From contig JBBISU010000020.1 in the NCBI GenBank assembly GCA_037441225.1, forward strand, positions 1 to 50,741: DNA of 50,741 nucleotides, read 5' to 3'. This document shows positions 45,052 to 50,741 of this stretch, piece by piece; position 1 is the stretch's first letter, and each line of letters opens with the position of its first letter. Source of the stretch: Acidobacteriota bacterium. GTDB lineage: Bacteria > Acidobacteriota > Thermoanaerobaculia > UBA2201. The position numbers and the translations under genes were made by a program. Below the pieces are notes generated by a model. The model did no database searches, was not told where the DNA came from, and was given only the letters and a program-made list of their open reading frames with translations.

Positions 45052-45980
45052 GTTTTCTCATTTGTACTGGTTTTTATCAAAAAGAAATTGATAATGCCTT
45101 TAAAGTTTATAAAAAATTCCCACCAGGGATTGTATTGCTTTTTTCTGATAATATAACAGGAGTAGAAGAAGTTAAAGATTTGTGCAAGGAAATAAAAAAA
45201 ATCAAAGGAAAACCATTAATTGCAATTGATATGGAAGGTGGAAAAGTCAATAGATTAAAAAATATTTTTGGTGAAAAGCCAAGCGCAAAAGAATATGGAA
45301 AGTGGGAAGAAGATAAGGTCGAAAAAATGGCTCATCAATGGGCTTGCGAGATGAAAGAGATAGGGATTGATATCGATTTTGCCCCTTGCGTTGATTTAGG
45401 ACCTGTGAAGGGTGGAACTGGCTTGGAAGGTAGGGTATTATCAGATAATTTTGAAGAAGTAATAAGAAAAGGGCTTGCCTTTTTGAAAGGTTTACATAAA
45501 GGTGGGATATTTGGCTGCATAAAACATTTCCCAGGGCTTGGTCCTTCTGAAGTTGATAGTCATTTAAAACTTCCAATTGTAAATTTAAGCAAAAAGGAAC
45601 TTAAAAAACATTTTGAGATTTTCAAAATTTTAAAATCCTATTCACCTATTTTAATGGCTGCCCACTGTATATATAAATCATTTGATGAAAAATTTCCTGC
45701 TTCTTTATCAAAAAAAATTATAAAAAAAATAAAACCCTACAAAGGTTTAGTAATAAGCGATGATTTAGAGATGGGTGCCCTTTCATCTTATGGAAGTGTT
45801 GCAGAAAGAGTTTATCTTTCATTAAAAGCAGGTTGTGATATGGTAATCATAAGCCATAATTTTTATGAAATTGAAATGATCGTGAAAAAATTTGATTTTA
45901 AAGGTAAAATAAATAATTATATTTTATGGAAAAGGAGAACCATCAAAAATGTTGAAAGAACTTTTGCTGCCAGATATTAA
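45033..45980 (+). CDS. nagZ: Beta-N-acetylhexosaminidase, GH3 family (NagZ-like)
   Basis: KHFPGLG and the SDDLEMGA motifs of the GH3 N-terminal domain. Confidence 0.8.
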   Translation: MEKRNLSFLICTGFYQKEIDNAFKVYKKFPPGIVLLFSDNITGVEEVKDLCKEIKKIKGKPLIAIDMEGGKVNRLKNIFGEKPSAKEYGKWEEDKVEKMAHQWACEMKEIGIDIDFAPCVDLGPVKGGTGLEGRVLSDNFEEVIRKGLAFLKGLHKGGIFGCIKHFPGLGPSEVDSHLKLPIVNLSKKELKKHFEIFKILKSYSPILMAAHCIYKSFDEKFPASLSKKIIKKIKPYKGLVISDDLEMGALSSYGSVAERVYLSLKAGCDMVIISHNFYEIEMIVKKFDFKGKINNYILWKRRTIKNVERTFAARY

Positions 45981-47295
45981 AGAATTGCTTCAAGAAAAAA
46001 AATTCCTTGAAATAAAGGAAGGAATAAAGGACTGGGAAGCCCCAGAAGTTGCTGACTTGCTTATGGAACTTGATAAGGATGAACAAGGAATATTTTTTAG
46101 ATTATTGACAAGGGAACAGGCAGCAGAGGTCTTTTCTTATCTTGATTTAGATTCCCAAAAAAATCTTTTAAATTTAATGACACAGGAACATACAAAGCAG
46201 ATCTTAGCAGATTTAACACCTGATGATAGAACAGCTCTCTTGGAGGAACTCCCAGCAGAGGTTACAAGGAATTTGCTTAATTTATTATCGCCAGAGGATT
46301 TAAAAGAAGCAAGAACCCTTTTAGGTTATCCAGAGGATTCTGTTGGAAGGTTGATGACACCTGATTATGTTGCCTTAAAACCATATATTACAGTTGAAAC
46401 AGCAATATATGAGATTAGAATGTCAGGAAAAAATAAGGAAACAATTGATAGAATATATATAGTTGATGATAACTATAAATTGCTTGATGATGTACCTTTA
46501 AAAGATTTGATATTTTCTGAACCAGAGAAAAAAATTTCAGAGATAATGGATTATAATTTTATAGCAATTTCTGCATATAAAGACAAAGAAGAAGCAGTTG
46601 AAATTATGAAAAAATATGATTTGATTGCCCTACCTGTTGTTGACTCAAATGGTCTTTTGGTTGGAATAGTAACCCATGATGATATATTAGATGTTGCAGA
46701 AGAAGAAGCAACAGAAGATATCCAAAAAATTGCAGCTATTGCACCTCTTGATTTGCCTTATGATAAGACAGGTGTTTGGGTATTATTTAAAAAAAGGGTT
46801 TTATGGCTATTTTTTCTTTTAATTGCTTATTTTTTCTCATCTGCTTTAATTTCTCATTACGAAAATCTTTTAAGCAAAATCATTGCCCTTTCATTTTTTT
46901 TACCAATGCTCGTTGGAAGTGGTGGAAATACTGGTTCCCAGTCCTCAACTTTAATTGTAAGAGCTCTTGCTTTAAGGGAAATCTCTTCAAAAGATTGGTT
47001 TAAGATATTTTTAAAAGAGCTTGCTATAGGAATTTTATTGGGCTTTTCATTGAGCATCGTCTTATTTGTTAGAAGCTTTACCTGGCAAGGCTTTGTTATT
47101 GCTTTTATTGTATCTATAAGTTTGATTTTGATAATAACCTGGTCAAACCTTATAGGTGCACTTCTTCCTTTAATTTTAAATAAATTAAAGATAGATCCTG
47201 CTGTCTCCTCAAGTCCTTTTGTTACAACTTTGATTGATGGAACAGGGATATTCATTTATCTTACAATTGCTTCATTAATCTTAAAAAAGGTATGA
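45949..47295 (+). CDS. mgtE: Magnesium transporter MgtE
   Basis: MgtE N-domain, a CBS pair and a TM domain with the GSGGNTGSQS motif. Confidence 0.9.
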   Translation: MLKELLLPDIKELLQEKKFLEIKEGIKDWEAPEVADLLMELDKDEQGIFFRLLTREQAAEVFSYLDLDSQKNLLNLMTQEHTKQILADLTPDDRTALLEELPAEVTRNLLNLLSPEDLKEARTLLGYPEDSVGRLMTPDYVALKPYITVETAIYEIRMSGKNKETIDRIYIVDDNYKLLDDVPLKDLIFSEPEKKISEIMDYNFIAISAYKDKEEAVEIMKKYDLIALPVVDSNGLLVGIVTHDDILDVAEEEATEDIQKIAAIAPLDLPYDKTGVWVLFKKRVLWLFFLLIAYFFSSALISHYENLLSKIIALSFFLPMLVGSGGNTGSQSSTLIVRALALREISSKDWFKIFLKELAIGILLGFSLSIVLFVRSFTWQGFVIAFIVSISLILIITWSNLIGALLPLILNKLKIDPAVSSSPFVTTLIDGTGIFIYLTIASLILKKV

Positions 47296-48722
47296 AAGAA
47301 CCTTTTATTTTATTCATTCATCCACAGGGTTATAACTGGCTTTCAGAAGAGATTGACATTACAAGAATTGCAAACATAATGCCACCTTATGGGCTTTTAA
47401 TTTTAGCTTCTTATTTGGATAAAAAAAATATAAAAAATGAGATAATTGATTTATATGCTTTCCCTGAAAAAAAAGAAAATTTATTAAAAAAAATAAAGGA
47501 CTTAAATCCAACACATATTGGTATAACTTCAACAACTTCTTCTTTTTTTGATGGATATGATATTGCAAAATTAGTTAAAGAAAATTTTAAAGAAATTAAA
47601 ATAATTTTTGGTGGAGTCCATCCAACTTCTGTTTATGAAAGGATCTTAAAAGATTTTAAAGAAATTGATTATATTGTTGCAGGAGAAGGAGAAGAAACAA
47701 TTTATGAAATTTTAACTTCCAATAATTTAGAAAATGTAAAAGGCATTGCCTTTAGAAAAGATGGAGATATTATATTTACCGGAAGAAGAAAACTAATTGA
47801 AGATTTAGATGAATTACCTTTTCCTGCTTATTATAAACTAAAAAATTTTCCTTCAAAATATAAATTGCCAATCTTTAATTACCCAAAATCACCTTCTACA
47901 ACATTCTTGTCAAGCAGAGGATGTCCTTATAGTTGTTCTTATTGTGACAGGTCTGTCTTTGGTCCAACCTTTAGAGCACATTCTTCTGATTATTTGATAG
48001 AACATTTAAAATTTTTAAAGAAATATTATAATATAAGACATATAAATATTTATGATGATAATTTTTTGCTCAAAAAAGAAAGGGTTTTAGATTTTTGTGA
48101 AAAGATTTTAAAAGAAAATTTAAGGATAACTTTTAATTGTATTGGGAGGGCAAACCACTTAGATGAGGAAGTATTAAAATATCTGAAAAAAGCAGGTTGC
48201 TGGATGATAAATATTGGTGTTGAATCAGGTGATGAAGAACTTCTAAAACCCCACAGGGCAAAACCAGAAATTGAAAGGATAAAAGAAATTGTAAGAAAAA
48301 TTAAAGAAAAGGGAATAAGAGTAAAAGGGCTTTTTATGATGGGAATACCAGGGGAGACAAAAGAAACAATTGAAAAGACAATTGAATTTGCTTGCAAAAA
48401 TCCCTTTGATGATTTAAATGTTACAAAGTTTACACCCTTTCCTGGAACTCCAATTTATGAAAAAATAAAGGACTATGGAGATTTTGAAGAAGATTGGTCT
48501 AAAATGAACTGCTTAAATTTTGTCTTTATTCCAAAGGGTTTTACAAAGGAGGAGCTTGAAAAATATTATGATTTATTTTTTAAAAGGTTTTATGGAAGGC
48601 CTGAGATGCTTCTAAAATATTTTTCAATGTTCTGGAAATCACCTGAGAGTGTTTATCGTTTTATAAAGGATCTTCCTTCTTTTTTAAAAGCAAGGAAAAA
48701 TTTAAGGGGTGCCCATGACTGA
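47292..48722 (+). CDS. B12-binding-domain radical SAM protein (class B), paralogue of 32996-34438
   Basis: IIFGGVHPT...IVAGEGEET and the radical SAM motif CPYSCSYC. Same family architecture as the other copy. Confidence 0.8.
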   Translation: MKEPFILFIHPQGYNWLSEEIDITRIANIMPPYGLLILASYLDKKNIKNEIIDLYAFPEKKENLLKKIKDLNPTHIGITSTTSSFFDGYDIAKLVKENFKEIKIIFGGVHPTSVYERILKDFKEIDYIVAGEGEETIYEILTSNNLENVKGIAFRKDGDIIFTGRRKLIEDLDELPFPAYYKLKNFPSKYKLPIFNYPKSPSTTFLSSRGCPYSCSYCDRSVFGPTFRAHSSDYLIEHLKFLKKYYNIRHINIYDDNFLLKKERVLDFCEKILKENLRITFNCIGRANHLDEEVLKYLKKAGCWMINIGVESGDEELLKPHRAKPEIERIKEIVRKIKEKGIRVKGLFMMGIPGETKETIEKTIEFACKNPFDDLNVTKFTPFPGTPIYEKIKDYGDFEEDWSKMNCLNFVFIPKGFTKEELEKYYDLFFKRFYGRPEMLLKYFSMFWKSPESVYRFIKDLPSFLKARKNLRGAHD

Positions 48723-49914
48723 TGTAGTTGTATCTGGCTATGGTGTTATTTGTGCCCAAGGTATGAATTATGAAGAATGTAAAAAAAATATTTATAATTC
48801 TCCAAAAATGCCACTAAAACCCAAAAGATTTGAAACACCAAATATTGATTTTCCAATTTTTGATATTCCAAGAGAAATTGATTTAATTTTTTTAAAGGAA
48901 GCAAAGGAATACAATGTTTTTTTGTCAACGTTGATGGCATTAAAATGTTTAGAAGAAGCAATTGAGATGGCAGGTTTGGATTTGGAATATTTAAAGAAAA
49001 AAAATATACTTGTTTCCATAGGCACTACAATTGCCATTACTTTAAATGATTTTAATTTTCATAAAGAATACATTTTAAGAAAATCGCCAAGAAATGAGCC
49101 CTTTGAAACTTTTTTAAGATCTAATCCTTCTAATTTTATTTCAAATTTTTTAAATAATTTGAATTGCAAACCAATAACAATTGCAACTGCCTGTGCTTCT
49201 GGTTCCGATGCAATTGGAATTGCATATCTTATATTAAAAAGAGATGAAAAAATTGATTTAGCAATATGTGGTGGAGCAGATGAGGCATCAGTTGTAAACC
49301 ATCAGGGTTTTATATCAATGAAAATTTATTCAAAAAACCCCTGCAAACCCTTTGACAAAAAAAGAGATGGTTTAAACTTAGGAAATGGTGCAGGAATACT
49401 AATTTTGGAAAGGGAAAAAGAGGCAATTAAAAGGGGCTTGAAACCAGAGATTTATATCTCTGGCTATGGCTCTTTTCAGGATGGTTATCATTTCACCCAT
49501 CCCCATCCAGAAGGAAAGGGCCTTGAAAAGTCAATTTTAAAAGCTTTATCTTTTAAAAATATCAACTTTAATGAAATTGATTTTATAAATGCCCATGGAA
49601 CTGCAACCCCTGAAAATGATTTAACAGAAGGAAAAGTAATAAAAAGGTTATTCCCAGAAGGAATCAAGTTTTTATCAACAAAGGGTTATACAGGCCATAC
49701 ATTGGGTGCAGCAGGGGCAATTGAGGCAATTTTTACAATAATGGCATTAAAAGAAGAAAAAATTATGAAAAATATTGGTTTTGATGAAATGGACCCTGAA
49801 ATTGGTTTAATCCCGATTATAAAGGAAGAAAGGGTTGAAAAAAGATTTGCACTTTCAAATTCCCTTGGATTTGCTGGTGCAAACAGTGCCCTTCTTTTTG
49901 AGAGGAAAAAATAA
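48709..49914 (+). CDS. Beta-ketoacyl-ACP synthase (KAS I/II, FabF-like)
   Basis: Active-site Cys in ATACASGSDAIG and the two catalytic His in AHGTATPEND and GHTLGAAG. Confidence 0.9.
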   Translation: MPMTDVVVSGYGVICAQGMNYEECKKNIYNSPKMPLKPKRFETPNIDFPIFDIPREIDLIFLKEAKEYNVFLSTLMALKCLEEAIEMAGLDLEYLKKKNILVSIGTTIAITLNDFNFHKEYILRKSPRNEPFETFLRSNPSNFISNFLNNLNCKPITIATACASGSDAIGIAYLILKRDEKIDLAICGGADEASVVNHQGFISMKIYSKNPCKPFDKKRDGLNLGNGAGILILEREKEAIKRGLKPEIYISGYGSFQDGYHFTHPHPEGKGLEKSILKALSFKNINFNEIDFINAHGTATPENDLTEGKVIKRLFPEGIKFLSTKGYTGHTLGAAGAIEAIFTIMALKEEKIMKNIGFDEMDPEIGLIPIIKEERVEKRFALSNSLGFAGANSALLFERKK

Positions 49915-50702
49915 TGGAATATGGAATTATTGATTTTATTGGTTTGTCATCAAAAGGATTGGGAAAGGATGTCTTTTCTTCAAAAATAAAAAGAGAAGAA
50001 ATTTCTTTTATGGAGCTAAAATCAGAAGTGAATGGGAAAAAAAATTTTCCTTACTTAAAAGCAAATATTGATAAATTAAAAGAATATTATTCTTTAAAGG
50101 ATATAAGGCGCCTTGATAAATATGCAAGAATTGTTTTACTCTTATCTGCTGAGATATTAAAAAATATTGATAATAATGAAAAAGAAAATATGGCTGTAAT
50201 CCTTGGCACTTCCTTTGGCTCTTTTAAAACAAATTGTGATTTTTTAGATACAATAATTTTGCAAGGTTTTGAATATTCCTCTCCAATGCTTTTTACTTCC
50301 ACTGTTCACAATTCACCCCTGGCTCCTCTTGGAATTTTTAATAATTTAAAAGGTCCTTCTTATTGTATCTCCAACTTTGAAAAAACTTTTTCAAGTTCTT
50401 TATATCTTGCTGAAATTTTGTTAAATTCAAAGATTTGTGAAAAACTCTTGCTTCTTTTTGCTGATGAGATCTCTGATTTGCTCCTCTATGGTTTTTCAAA
50501 TTTGATTGGAATAAATGAAAATGATTTAAGGACTATTCCACAAGAAGGTGGCTGTGCTTTCCTTTTGGGTTCAGCGAATTTTATTTTACCTTTAAAAGAA
50601 ATTGATAGTTTTTTAAAGAAAAAGGAAAAAAAAGAAGAAAATTATGGCTTTACATATTATCCAGAAGCTCTTGAATTAATCATAAATTTAAATAATTTTT
50701 GA
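49914..50702 (+). CDS. Ketosynthase-like partner protein lacking a recognisable Cys-His-His triad (chain-length-factor-like)
   Basis: Start overlaps the KAS stop (TAATG). KS N-terminal-like segments (ILGTSFGSFKTNCDFLD and TVHNSPLAPLGI), but no ACxSG-type active site. Confidence 0.5.
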   Translation: MEYGIIDFIGLSSKGLGKDVFSSKIKREEISFMELKSEVNGKKNFPYLKANIDKLKEYYSLKDIRRLDKYARIVLLLSAEILKNIDNNEKENMAVILGTSFGSFKTNCDFLDTIILQGFEYSSPMLFTSTVHNSPLAPLGIFNNLKGPSYCISNFEKTFSSSLYLAEILLNSKICEKLLLLFADEISDLLLYGFSNLIGINENDLRTIPQEGGCAFLLGSANFILPLKEIDSFLKKKEKKEENYGFTYYPEALELIINLNNF

Positions 50703-50721
50703 CCAAACAAAATATTCTTAA

Positions 50722-50741
50722 TGTAGTCGCAGGTTCTTTAG
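50722..50741. repeat. Inverted, truncated copy of the hairpin element seen at 20-45
   Basis: TGTAGTCGCAGGTTCTTTAG. Its reverse complement CTAAAGAACCTGCGACTACA differs at one position from 26-45. The window ends inside the loop. Confidence 0.5.

Noticed and set aside
50722-50741. Possible tRNA T-arm, because GTCGCAGGTTC resembles the GGTCGCAGGTTCGAATCC of many tRNAs.
   Set aside because: The loop would be 8 nt (TTCTTTAG) rather than the 7-nt TTCGAAT type. The preceding 60 nt are AT-rich with no D-arm or anticodon-arm structure. The 5' copy has no acceptor or CCA context.
1-50741. Alternative genetic code (TGA or TAA recoding), as seen in some uncultivated lineages.
   Set aside because: Long motif-bearing ORFs terminate cleanly at TAA, TGA and TAG (e.g. 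TGA at 24370-24372, TAA at 10378-10380), with the next gene starting at or near the stop. The single in-frame TAA at 2592-2590 is better explained by a frameshift.

Overview
AT-rich bacterial chromosomal segment. Hand spot-counts of single 60-nt lines give about 12-25% G+C in most genes and about 45% in a few. I see about 48 credible protein genes using the standard genetic code, and no rRNA or tRNA genes, CRISPR array, transposase or integrase. All calls come from motifs read by eye in the supplied translations and the DNA; no searches were run.

Layout:
(1) 243-2731, minus strand: a type II restriction-modification pair. The methyltransferase reading frame is broken at an A6/T7 homopolymer run.
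(2) 3001-6556, minus strand: glutamine amidotransferase, ZIP metal transporter, an orphan 2-oxoacid:ferredoxin oxidoreductase beta subunit and an NtrC-type sigma54 activator, all tightly coupled.
(3) 6584-31630, plus strand: the main feature, a ~25-kb island that looks like a dedicated extracellular electron-transfer apparatus.
- Three almost identical sigma54 promoters (TGGCATAA-N3-TTGCAT).
- Five secreted c-type cytochromes with 63 CXXCH plus 7 CX3CH/CX4CH motifs by my count. These are a 21-haem c7-polymer-like protein, a nearly Lys/Arg-free 220-aa tetrahaem with its own promoter and terminator, an 11(+1)-haem protein, a 4(+1)-haem protein, and a 1965-aa protein with 23(+5) haem motifs.
- One predicted outer-membrane beta-barrel.
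- Three NHL beta-propeller proteins, one of them a 1007-aa Ig/FN3-like modular protein.
- An exported triple-rhodanese.
- Two System II (ResB/CcsA) cytochrome-maturation pairs, one with a CcsA that has lost every Trp of the WWD haem-handling motif, plus duplicated accessory proteins of unknown function.
(4) 31627-38967, minus strand: a histidine kinase with a CXXCH motif in its periplasmic loop, a B12-radical SAM protein, an ABM-like protein, the fused gamma/alpha OFOR subunit, the methylmalonyl-CoA mutase large subunit and an unknown protein.
(5) 39026-50702: a TlpA-like thioredoxin with a CcmH-like Cys-rich tail, an ABC-2 transporter, a membrane protein, MutS, NagZ, MgtE, and a B12-radical SAM / ketosynthase / KS-like trio.

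Both window ends carry a near-identical hairpin element in inverted orientation.
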